DNA of 64,000 nt from Tubulanus polymorphus (taxonomy: Eukaryota > Animalia > Nemertea): NCBI RefSeq assembly GCF_964204645.1, contig NC_134032.1, positions 14,124,275 to 14,188,274 of the forward strand. The letters run 5' to 3'. The position numbers were made by a program, and so were the translations under genes. Below the pieces are notes generated by a model. That model did not search any database and was not told where the DNA came from. It worked only from the letters and a program-made list of their open reading frames with translations. Position 1 is the first letter of the stretch, and every line of letters begins with the position of its first letter. Of the stretch, positions 1 through 21,500 are shown in pieces.

Positions 1-3000
1 GCAAAGCAAAAAGCAATTTTTCGGTGAAGTTTTATTTAGACGCGACGCATCGGGAAAAATCCGTCATATCCATCCAATCAGAAATCACATATCATTGCTC
101 ATTTGAATACCAGTTTCGAAACCGACCAATCAGGGAACAATTGCATAACTGCCCGAATTCAGGGAAGCCATTTATTAATAGTAACCACGGATACCTCTTT
201 AATACCACTTCAAACCACAAGGTGTCGCCACCAACCACCAATCGATGGCTCTGGCTAAGTGAGATTTAATTTTAGCCAATCAGAACTGTTTTTGCTCAAT
301 CGGTCATTCATGATTAGATCATTCCAAACTCCTCCCATTCTTTATCCAACCAATAAGAGATCAGTTATATATTAAACAACCAATCGGATCGCTGCTGTTT
401 CTACAATTACCAGTAACATTTTTATTCCGAACTGAAATCACACTGAAACCAACATGACTGATACCAAGTCGTAGGTCACATGACTCCTGTTGCGTCGTGT
501 CAAATAAACCTCCACTCGCTTTTTACCCGGGCCTCGTCATGGGACCATCGTAGTCATGACGATGGACTGATGATCATACCCATTGTTGTATTGTTGTTTG
601 TATTATATTGTGTTTTTAACGCTGCGGTAACCATTTTAAACAAATTATGACGATCAATATATTCTCAATTATTAGTCAATTAACGACAGCTGAGTGTGCC
701 TGACTGCTCATAGGTGGCACCCTAGTCAACTACATTAGATCAATATATTATCACTGTGTACACTATAACTACGTTGTCGAGGAAACGCGTGTTAAATATC
801 TCTAATTTATTATTATTAATAAAAATGATAATTGAAACGACTATTTTTATTTTGAAATGATATTTATGCTAATTCAATAATTGAGATAGTTAAATTGCAA
901 ATAATATGATGTGTAAATTAGATTAAATTAAATTTTTTTTCAATGCCTAAAACTAATAATGTATTGATGATGATGAAAATGATGTATAATTCTTGCTCGA
1001 AAGGTATTTATTTTTAGAAGAGGCTCGAACCTCTGTGTTATAAACTGATCCTTCAATTACCGATCAACGTAGCAACCCGAAACAGGCGTCCTTTCTATTA
1101 AGTTTTGAATTATTCGAAAAGCTTTGATGATAAACTTTTTTTTGCGGACAGTCTGTTACGCGTGCATGAAGTCAGGGGTCAGAAATATTTATTTAATAAT
1201 AACAATTAACGGCTGTGTCATTTTCCTCCCCCCGAATAAAATAAATTTGGTGGTAGTTTTCAAATTTAATTCATTGTGTAGTATATAATACGTATATATT
1301 ATATAAATATATATATGGACAAATAAAGTCTGCTACTTTTATGACATTCAAAATCAAGTGTTTCATTATATTTCATTTTTTTAAACAATTTTGCTGATCT
1401 TGAAATGGAAATTGTCCCTCTACTAATCAGGTGCGGATCCACGGGTCTTGTTATTCAAATGCTGGTGGTTAATTAGCCACAACATGCCTATTTATTTTCC
1501 CGTAATTCGTCAAAATCTTGTAGAAAATTAAACATTCTAAATTTATATTCGCGAACATTTCGTTTGATAGTTTCCATCCGGCGCATTTACCGAAAGTATG
1601 AACCGTCAGGTGCTGCCACCGTGTCACCGAAGCTCGAACTAATTTTTAGACTGGTTGCCTGACAATGACCAGCAACCAGTCTAAACTGTATAGTGCTGTC
1701 GTCTAGTAACTATAAAGCGAACTATTTGGTGAAAAAGAAGTTCTCAAATCACATATCGGAATCAACTAAATTATTACGCGTATGAACCCTGCCGCATCAG
1801 TTCTAATCGTTCGACGAGAAAACATTTTGATCAAGTCTTATTTATTCGTTAAGATAATCAATTGAAAATTAAACCGGTCAAAACGAATTTGCGCTCGGTG
1901 TTTGGGAGGAACTATTTGCCAGATCGTAGTGTGACCCTCTTTTAAAGCGTGGTGAAGTAGCACAGACATGAGGTCAGTAAAATCCCGTTTTAATCTTCGT
2001 TTTTTCACTTTATAAATCATAGAACCCGACCTAATAAACATCTGTTGAGAACATTTAAATGCATATTTTGAGATGATGTAGTTTTTCGAGCCGGTAAATT
2101 TATAGAATTCACAAAAATTGCGGTTTTTCGCGAACGATATTCTGATATGTTGGCCTGTGCTGAACTTCCGGTTCGTACAGGGATTTGCACAACTTCGATG
2201 CTAGTCAGTAACCTGTCTGTGGTTTAGTTTCACAATCGGATATTTTCACAAACCACAGTCAGGAATGGGAAGGTCATTTTTGTATGAAATCTTCGTCAGC
2301 CAATTTGACTGACGAGTAATTTGCCTGGCATTTCATTGTCTCTTAAGATATCTGTCTCATTTTTGTTGTAATCGACGCACAACAGATTCGTAGTTTGTCT
2401 GATACCTATAACACCTCACCTGACGATCTTAATCCATGTGCAAATCGGCCGTAAAGTGAGAGTAAATTTCCGTCCAGTCAACAGCTGCCATTTTAAAAAT
2501 TACTGGAGGTGCTGGCACCTGTGGACTGAGGCCAGGACAACAGCACAAACTAACAAAGCGAAACGACGAAGTTTAAAAAAATTAAAAAATCAACACTTAT
2601 TCACATTTTTCTTTTACCAGAAATTTATTATTTCATTATTTATTATGGAAAACACGAAGACTTGAAATAAAAGTTGGAAAACCATCAAAAATAAAAATTG
2701 TCGTTTCGTCTTGAAAGTTTTATATAAATCCTTGTAGGTCCCCTTGTCTTATCATGCCACATGTGCAATACAGAGAAATGGCGGCCAATGGCGAAATTTG
2801 TGGAGAAATTAATTAATTTCTCAAAATAATGTTGATTAATCACTCGAAACGTACATAAAATTGGATTATTTCGAAAGGTACCTGTGTTAGTTTGTGAATT
2901 AAGCCATTAATTGTGGACTGAAGTGAATAGAAAGTATATTTTTGAAGTGTTACTTTTTTCAACCGTGTTTTGGTCCTTGTCATCCCTAACGTTGGTATAA

Positions 3001-3134
3001 GCCCATCCGATTATAAAAAGCTTACCACCAACGATTAGGTAACTAACTACTTCGATGCAATAGTACTAGTTAGAAATATTAGGCTAAGATCAAGTCATAA
3101 GAAGCGTGTTTGTTGTTTGTGCATTTAATAAAGA

Positions 3135-6100
3135 ATGAGGTAGGCTTGTATTCGCTGCTTGCCAGAGTAACTTTCTCAAAAAATTGTTGGAATCTGTCCT
3201 GAGCTGAGGCACACACTTCAATTGTAATCCACCCACGGTTAAGTAGTTTCACTAAATGATTAGTTGTAAAATTAATCGCGTTTAAGATGAACAGAATTTA
3301 TAGGAATTTAATTGAGTGTGTTTGTGTTGAATCTGACTATCAGTCATTTTCTTTGGTAGTCTGATGCAGTCGGGGCCCAGGGTCGGTTGGGGAGGGATGT
3401 CAAGATTCATTACGCAGTTTAAGGTGTTTTAAAGACATCATTGGTCCAGCTTTGGCGATCATTAATAACTTTTTCAAGTGATGCCTTGCACTTTAAGTGA
3501 ACTGGTGCAGAGCCAGAGGACGTGGAAATATTAGGCATTCGGCAAAATCCAGAAAAAGATCCAGGCAAAACTTAGGAATAAATTTCTCTGATTCACTCGG
3601 TATTTAATTTAGTAAATTGCTGTTTATTAATATGAAATTTTCTGTATTTGTTTTGTAGCACGTTAAGGCTACAGAAGCGGTTAGCCGCTGCCGTCTTGAA
3701 GTGCGGTAAAAATAAAGTATGGTTAGATCCGAATGAGACGAACGAGATCGCCAACGCCAACTCGAGACAGAACGTCAGGAAACTGATTAAAGACGGTTTG
3801 ATCATCCGTAAACCGGTCGCCGTTCATTCTTACGCTCGTACGAGGAAAAATGCCGAGGCTCGTCGCAAAGGACGACACACCGGAACAGGTAAATATCGAT
3901 AACTCCTTCCCTGACGGTTCACCGGGAAACTGGCAAGTTAGGTGTCCATGCAGCCAAAACAAGGGTCTTGCTGCATTTTTCATATAGTTTCTAGGCACTT
4001 TTGGGAGACTCAAGAGAATATAAGCTAAATCTTGTGATGCTGACTTCTGTCTTATTAGTGGTCGGTGAAAAAAGTGCCCTGAAAAATATTGCCATCCTAT
4101 TTTAAAAAGGGCGCGTGGAAATTGCGATAACTTTGTAAAAGAAAAAAAGTAAAGGCAATGATCATTTAGATTGCGTGTATATTCAACCAGTTTGTCATTT
4201 ATGTCTTGTGTTAATGTTAATTGATTGGATTTTTAGCAGATCAAATCTGTGAAAACAACTTGTATGTCAGGGGAAAAAAGACCGGCCTGTTTATCTAGTA
4301 AACCTCCCCTCCTGTCATAAATGCTTGATTTTAGTGGCTATTTATGTTCACATGGGGAGAATATAAAACAGAAATTACTCTCTTCGGTTTCGGAACGAAT
4401 TTTAAATGTTCTTCAAGCCATGTTCAGTATTTCTACACTCAACGTTTGATATTCAAAAATATTTCTCGAAACATATCATATTTCTCTGATAATGTTAAGC
4501 AGGTTTCATGTAAAAAAGTTTAGTTTGAAATGGTTCAGTTTGAATTGCTGAGTCACCTAGCAAGACCAATTAAATTACGAATTAGGAGTTTCGTGAAACG
4601 GTACTCTGTGTACAAGGGATGAGTCACTGTAATTCTGAACTAATTAATTGATGTTCGCAAACAACAAATGTCTGAACTTCTGATGTGCACGTAATATCGA
4701 TCTTTCATTTTTCTGAAAAGAAAAAAATTAAATTTTTCCTATGAAGAAAATGTTTTAAATATTTGGAAGCTCTTGTTCTGTCGTGACTCGCTAGAAAAAG
4801 TGGCGTTTCGCGATTTATTTCTGGAGCAAAATCAAACGGCAATCAGTCTTCGGTCGTTGAATTAAACTAAAGTTTCATTCGACCACTTTAGAATTTCGAC
4901 ATAAACTCATCGCGAGATATCGGACACCGTTTGATATCGATATTGTGAGATTAATAAACAATGTTTTATTTCACGCGCAGGTAAAAGGAAGGGTACGGCT
5001 AACGCACGTATGCCGCAGAAGATCATCTGGATTCGACGTATGAGGGTCTTACGACGACTGTTGAAAAAATATAGAGAAGCGAAGAAAATTGACAAGCACC
5101 TGTAAGTTTCAATCGCCCCTAGAATCCCTCTCGCTGTCCTTCACCCTCTCCCCCTCCTTCTGTTCTTTTCTGTGGGGTCTCAATCAGCACACAAATATTA
5201 TTCGTAAGGCTCCTAGGGTTTGGATTATTTGAGAGTCGACTATTCGAGCCAAAATGTGAACTTCTCTCATCAGCTGGAGAGTCGTCGCCCCTCAATAAGA
5301 ATTGTGAACTCAGTGGTGCGTGTGCAGAGGATGAATCGATTTGAAACTGAACAAGTTGTTGATGTTTTTCAAAAATATCAAATGTCTGAACTTCTGATGT
5401 GCACGAGTCATTCTCTATATTTTAACCTTAATTTAATGTTGATGATATAAATAGATGCTGTTATACATGTATTAGTTTTGAATTTGTATTAGTACAGAGG
5501 ATGAAAAAGTTTTTCTGAACATAATATTGATGTTCAACAAACTACAAATGTCTGAACTTCTGATGTACAATACTCAATTTCGGAACCCTCCCACCCTAAC
5601 CCCTCAGATCAAAATCTTTTATATTTTACCATGGAATTATTTGGTACGAAGGATGAAATGGATTTTCTCAACAAAATTTGATGTACAATACTCAATTTCG
5701 GAACCCTCCCACCCTAACCCCTCAGATCAAAATCTTTTATTTTAACATGGAATTATTTGGTACAAAGGATGAAATGGATTTTCTGAACAAAATTTTGATG
5801 TTCAACAAACTACAAATGTCTGAACTTCTGATGTACCTAATTGATATGTAATGATTAATTCTGTAACGTGTTGATATCGGAGGCTGGAGTTATTGATTCA
5901 ATACGTCGGTGTATATTTTTCAGGTATCACTCTCTGTATCTGAGGTGTAAGGGTAACGTGTTTAAGAACAAGCGAGTTCTCATGGAATACATTCACAAGA
6001 AGAAGGCAGAAAACGCTCGAACCAAACTCCTCAGGTTTGTAGTCAACTGTTATAAATCTGTAGACTGGGTTCGCTACATAGTGGATTTATTGGTATTTTA

Positions 6101-6624
6101 CTAACCAAGGATTCTGTCCCAATTTAGAATCTTACATAATATAATGGGATATCAGTTACAACGAACAGATTTTCTGATCTCCTGAAGTTCGTTGTAACGA
6201 GGTTCCACTGTATAACACACACTTGGAATTCATAAGTTGTCCTGGATTATTGCTAGGACATAAGATATTCTCAATTTTCCTTTTTGCAATTGATGTTCAC
6301 TTCTGCTGCATCTGATGAATCAGATGCATCTGATGATGATCAGAATTCTTTTTGAGAGGGGAGGGTTAGATTGTTTCATGGGAATTAAATGGACCGGTCA
6401 ATTTTATGATCAGATTCTGATAACATCTTTGAATCGCGTTTACCATAATTTTGACGGGATAAAAATGATTGTATCGTATTATTGTTTGTTTCTATAGCGA
6501 CCAAGCCGAAGCCAGACGTACGAAGGTACGAGAAGCGCGTAAGAGACGCGAGGATCGTATCGCTCTCAAACGAGCCGAACTTCAGAAATCTTACGCTAAA
6601 GAGGAAGAGGCAGCGAAGAAATAA
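3135..6624 (+). CDS. RPL19: 60S ribosomal protein L19 (eL19), 5 coding exons, ~197 aa
   Basis: Exons 3135-3139 (ATGAG|gtaggc), 3659-3888, 4981-5101, 5924-6034, 6498-6624 splice in frame to [28 protein letters not shown]...[13 protein letters not shown]...[29 protein letters not shown]...DQAEARR. AATAAA at 6674-6679. The tiny first exon is the least certain. Confidence 0.96.
4608..4690 (+). ncRNA. Box C/D snoRNA copy 1 (RPL19 intron 2), predicted 28S rRNA 2'-O-methylation guide
   Basis: Terminal stem gtgtaca/tgtgcac; box C-like GGGATGA 4616-4622; D' CTGA; C' TTGATGT; guide CAAATGTCTGAACT; box D CTGA 4680-4683. The guide is complementary to the conserved 28S segment GGUUCAGACAUUUG. Confidence 0.85.
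5319..5405 (+). ncRNA. Box C/D snoRNA copy 2 (RPL19 intron 3)
   Basis: Stem cgtgtgca/tgtgcacg; AGGATGA 5328-5334; internal CTGA and TGATGT; same guide CAAATGTCTGAACTT; CTGA 5394-5397. Confidence 0.85.
5486..5573 (+). ncRNA. Box C/D snoRNA copy 3 (RPL19 intron 3)
   Basis: Stem gtaca/tgtac; AGGATGA 5498-5504; CTGA and TGATGT internal boxes; identical guide; CTGA 5560-5563. Confidence 0.82.
5644..5690 (+). pseudogene. Internally deleted snoRNA copy
   Basis: AGGATGA 5650-5656, D' mutated to CTCA, then C' TGATGT joined directly to the post-box-D flank (acaatactc); guide and box D are missing. Confidence 0.7.
5757..5840 (+). ncRNA. Box C/D snoRNA copy 4 (RPL19 intron 3)
   Basis: Stem ggtaca/tgtacc; AGGATGA 5766-5772; identical guide; CTGA 5828-5831, about 90 nt upstream of the 3' splice site, a typical position for intronic C/D snoRNAs. 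Confidence 0.85.
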
Positions 6625-7126
6625 ATTATCGAATTTCTTTGTGTAGATTTGATGATTAGTCGTCGTCGTGTAAAATAAACATCAGAAAAAAAAACTAATT
6701 TAAGGATAATTTTTGTGAACTTTCTGTGTTCTTTTATTACGAGGAAGGACTTTTGATCTTAGTATGCGAGACCCCTCAGGATTTCTTTGGACTGTCAAAG
6801 GTGATGCATGGATTGGATTTCTGAGATTTAGACCTGTATGGTGGAAATAGTCAATCTTTGTGGGCCATTCTTGAATGTTTAAGGGATTTCGTTTGGATCC
6901 TCATGAGAATAAGCACCCTTCAAAGGATTGAGAAGAAAGTCAAACCCAGAGGCCTTTTGACCGTCAGGTGCTGCCACGGCTACTGCGCGGCAGATCGTGA
7001 AACCAACGCGGAAGTGACTTTGAACAAGGTGAAAGAAAGAGGGAACTTCTTATTAAAGCATCCCCCTCTCTGCTCTCACCGTCTATAGATAAAAAAACTG
7101 AGCTATATTTAACCTCGGTCGGTGCG

Positions 7127-16453
<9,327 letters not shown>

Positions 16454-18339
16454 CTCCACCTATTGTCTAAACCTGGATTTATTTATATGTATTTATAATG
16501 TAATATTATCATTTTGTTACTCTAACGACTAAATTATATTCTTACGTTTGTTTTAAAGGTATAGTTAGTTCGTTATATTATCAATAGATGGCGTATCTGT
16601 CTCTAGAAAATTAGGAAATCAAGTTTGCATTGTTGAGAAGTTTGAATGTATTGCAAGCAAATAACGGAATTTGTCCTTGGAACAATGGATTGTTGAAAAT
16701 TGTTGTCACGTGTTACAAACACTGTAAGAACTAGGTCAATTGAAGAAAATGTTACAAATACTGTAAGAACTAGGTCAAGTGAAGAAAATGTTACAAATAC
16801 TGTAAGAATTAGGTCAATTGAAGAAAATGTTCAGACCGTTAGGAATAGTTTCTGGTGAAATAAACATCAAATTGTGGTGGTCATTTGTAGCTACTTCTTA
16901 CCGGTATTTTACCGGGCGTCACTAAGAAAGTATCTCTAAAAAAAATTTTCTTGAAATTCATATCACTATCTATGATGAAACTAAACTCTAAAAGTCCAGG
17001 ACTCGAGTTTAGATTTGACTCAAGAGTTATAAACTCATTGAAAATGAACTGATTTCAACTCACTCAGAGTTAACTCTTAACTCACAACTGTTGAACTGTA
17101 TCCTGGATTCCGAGTTAACTAAAACTTACAATTGTGAAACTGAATCCATTAACTTTGCCTAACCTAACTGGTCCGTCTGCCAGTTGGGTTAGGTTCTAAG
17201 TTCTTGATTAGGTTTACTGTAGTTTACTGTAGAAATACATCATGATATTGTCATTATACCTAACATTAGTTGTTACACAAGAAAATTAGTTTCAAAGAGA
17301 TCGATCTCCTAGCAAAAAGACTTTCCTAGATAAATCCAGATTTATATTAATTGTCAATTAGCAATGTTTCTTAGTGTTTAGTATTGTGGCTTATGTTAAT
17401 TGCTTATAATGGAAATGAAGTGTTAGCAGCTGCCTAAAAGTTCCATGGGGACTGAGTCTTCATAATGTCCCTACTTAAGATCCTTTGCACTCTTTTATAT
17501 TTTGTAATGTGGCCCCGCTCAGAGGTGCTGTTTTGCGAAAAGCGAATCAAATTGTGGAGAGCTTTTTTTGTTTTTTGTGATGTTTCTTTTTCTTTTCTTT
17601 TTTACATTTAGAAACTTGTGAAGTTTAAAAAACGAGGAATGATTGAATAGAGCCTTTAATGATAACATTTGAATCTAAAATGATCTATCTGTTGTGTAGT
17701 TACCCTAGTTGATAGATTGTGTACATTGTATCAACAATTTGTTTGTGATAAATGTAGCTGAATTATTACTTATTTGTGCTATTTGTAATTAATCTGTGAT
17801 GATCACACCTGGCTTAAGTTAAACCCCCAGAACCCGCCAGTGGAGTCATTTATTCCAGGGACTATGACACAGTATGTTTAGTTATTTTGTTTTTTTTGGT
17901 GCTTTAAAAAATTGTTATAAAATCTTCCTCAATTGATCGAATAAACCATTGTGAGAAATCATGTTCAAATGTCTCTTTATTTCATGGGGTTTACTATATT
18001 CAGGTTTCTGGAAAACCTTTTGATTTACGGTAGGTATCAATACTAATGGGAATATGAAGGACCAGTTAAGTTATTAATTAATTAAGCTATCAATTGTAAG
18101 TGAAGTATTGAATAGACACAAGTGCTCAAGGACCGTCGTAAGTGGACCATTGATTTGGAGATAGGGGTGGTCAGGTGTTGAGTCTGCATTTTAAGAAATC
18201 CATGAAGGGCAAATTAATACAATTCTCTGGTACAATGATTGGATTTCTATCATCAAAGCACAAAGAAATGACGAGGAATATTCAGATTTTGACGGGAGAT
18301 GATAATTATGATCTTACCCCACTTTCCCTTCGCAACATT

Positions 18340-18530
18340 CAGTCGTCCATGACGTCATCGTGAATTGTGAGCATTTCCACGGAAATGCCCGAACTAGGGT
18401 TACGGAGATAGCCGAACTAGGGTTTGACTGGTTACGGAGATTCCCGAGCGTGGGTCACGGAACTAGCGTTAGGCTTACGGAGATTCCCGAAGGAGCCGAT
18501 TTGTAAACAAAATGGCAGCGGTCAGAAGAG
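18340..18530 (+). promoter_or_regulatory. Putative FBXO9 promoter
   Basis: CRE palindrome TGACGTCA 18351-18358, ETS-like CGGAAAT, three repeated ttacggagat elements, YY1-like AAAATGGC around the candidate start; CpG-rich. Confidence 0.45.
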
Positions 18531-21500
18531 GAAAATTACGTCTTTGCGACCAAGTTATTTGTTTCTCCTTCCGCGATATTTGAGCGCATTCACCCTCGAG
18601 CAGGGTAAACAGATACTATGGTAGGTCTACAATCAGAATATTGTAAGACGTACGAATGACATTTTGTATTTATCGAGTATTTGTAGCGAACATTTTGACA
18701 TTCGGTTTGAAAACTGGTAATGATTAACAACAACACAAAATGGCTGTCGTCGCCGATTCCCAGGCACTTGGATACGTGTTTACGTGTTTTAATCCAAGGC
18801 TACGTTAAAAAAAAAATAATTAAAATTGTGTTGGTTTCTCTGGTGTGATTGTCACTTACTGAATGAAGTCAAGGACCGTTTGCCAAAAAAGCCAGATCGG
18901 ATGACTAAAGACAAAAGTGCCGTATTATTGCTATTTATTTTTAGGCGTGAATATCCAATATTTTTATTGAATTACCTTGAACTGTTTACCGACCAGGTTT
19001 GGGTTTCATAGATGTGGAAGAAAAATAGTCCCTGGGAATATTTTGAAGTTCGTCGTTTTTTTAGGCCTATAACCAGGACAGGTTTCTCATTGTTACTATG
19101 GTAGTTGTCACCCGTCCCAGATTGAGGATTTACCCGTAGGGATAACTTTGAAACTCAGGCTATGAAACCGGGCCCAGGATTTTATGAGTTGTGTGAGAAT
19201 GAATTCGAGTTGATATCAGTTGATTTTCTATGAGTTTACTCTGAAGGCAAATCCTAAACTTGCATCGCTGTAACATCAGTCTGGGGCCCGCTGCAGTTGC
19301 TGAAAGGTTGGTTAACGATAAGAAGGGTGTTCGTTGGAGGCAATTTTTGATTGCCGCGGCCAATTGCCGATTTTTCCATAGGTTCTAATATTGCAGCGGC
19401 GAATTTACTTCAATTTCATCAAAAATATAGTATAGAAAAAAAAAAACGTCTTTTAGTAAATTATTGCCACGGTAGTTGCTATGGTTCCAACGCCACTGGA
19501 TAATGTGGCGGATAATTACCATAGTCAGTGTGGGATTTAGGGTACCACATGTTCAAATGTCTTATCAGGCAAAATTTCTTGAGAGTTTGATCGCCTCAAA
19601 CAATTGTTTCCTTGGGATCCTGAATGCTGTTTAGGATATTCAATTGTACGCATTGAGTATTTTCTGGAAAATTTTTTCGAAAAAATTGCCCTTTTTTCTT
19701 TGAAGAGAAATGGGACCCTGGATCCGCCCCTGATAGTAAAAATGAAGTTTTGAATGTCACTTTGTCAACTATCCACTGGTTAACGATAACCAACTTTTCA
19801 GCGACTGGCCGCTGATTTACCTGTTGCCAAGAAGACAGTAAAAAGAAGGGTCTTTGATATGAATCTATTTTCAGGATGGTGCCGGAGGAATGGACCTGGA
19901 TGGAGGAGGGGATGACGAATCTTCTTCTTCCTACTGCGTCGCCACGGCGACAGCGGAGATGCCGACTAGTTTAGACGGGCAGTTGGAACAGTTCAGAACG
20001 AAATGGAAGGAAGAGATCAGAGGAGGATGTAGTTCTGCTAGTAGGACACCAGGTGGCGAACTAGTCAACTCTAAGAGTGACGAATCTTCGAAGGAAGCCC
20101 GGGTAAAAAATGTATTCATAATCTTATAAAGAATAAAGTCAATTAATAATTAATTAGGTTGATTAGATTTTTTTGAGCTAAGATTTTTTCTGGAGCTAAA
20201 ATGCAACTAAGGCCGCAAGAAAAACCTGTTATCGCTGCCTTCTATATTGAAGATATAAAATTTCAGGCAAAGGAGTTTTTTCTACAAGGCGTTCAAGCGG
20301 AAATGATTGGATCCATGAATGAAGGTTCGATTAATCAATGATTGTAACAATTCAATAAATATTTGTTACAATTCAATCAATTGTTACAATTCGTTTATAC
20401 ATTTTGAAACGTGATACATTTATTGATGTTTTGATGCAATTATTGAAGTTTTGATGAATCTCTTTATATTTCAGCTATCAACTTTTACCGCAAAGCGATC
20501 ATGCTTGTACCTGATATTGAATCGAAGATCGAAGATTTTATGCCGGACAGAAACAGGGGTAAGATGAACTATTTAACTACGATATCAACTCATGATAGAA
20601 ATCCTGAGAAAATCCTAAAATCTAATTTGCCAAATATCCTGGAATATTTAGAGGATTTATAAGGAAGAAAAATAATTTGCAGCATCATGGTCAAACAACA
20701 AGAATAATTGATTAAATTTTAACGAAACAGCGTATTATTATAAAATGATATATGAGAGCATCTTATGAAAAAAGTAAAAGTTATTTTGATGGAAAAACTA
20801 CTTTATTCATTCGTCATATATTGTTTACAACACTCAATTTTCATATAAACATGTATTAAAAAAACTGCCCTGACCAAGTTTTTCCCTTTGAAAAAATGAT
20901 CCTCACCTTTGGCCTCGCACATATTTTTGAAATTCACTCGATACTTTTGCCGCCCACAGCGAGACAGGAGAGCGAGAGTTCAGCGTCTGGAAGCGATATA
21001 TCGTCGACGACCGAGTTCGAAGAAGTATCGAATATCGTCGAACCGGACGAGGATGATTTCGATATCGATAATTTAGTCTCGAGATTTCATCGTTTAGGAG
21101 TCACCGATAAAAACTTCTGTTCGCCCGAATACGAACCAACTGTAAGTTAATAACAGAATTCAGGGTTCTCAATACTGATCATGGAAAATCTAGGAATTTT
21201 GGATTTACTTTTCCCTCCAGGGAACCTAAACTCTTTTTCTCATGAAAATCTTTGAAAGTGGGAAATTTGAATGCTTGGTGCCTTGTTGTTCCCTTTCTTG
21301 AAAGTTGGGGATTTTGAGTTATTCACGTCTAGTTGTTCTTGATGACAAGTGATACAAGGAACCTCTTGATATGAAACATACCTCACTGAGGATATCTAAT
21401 AGTTTAATCTGGGAATTTGAATTTTTGGTGCCTAGTTGTTCTTGCTGGTGACGAGTGTCACAAGGAACCTCTTGATATGAAACAGACCTTACTGATGATA

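Noticed and set aside
1838-2665. Possible divergent gene or pseudogene upstream of RPL19
   Set aside because: All frames contain stops and I recognise no protein family; isolated splice-like motifs are not enough.
6305-6425. Possible additional C/D snoRNA in RPL19 intron 4 (ATGATGA ... CTGA)
   Set aside because: The boxes lie in a locally palindromic atctgatg repeat; no recognisable rRNA guide or convincing terminal stem.
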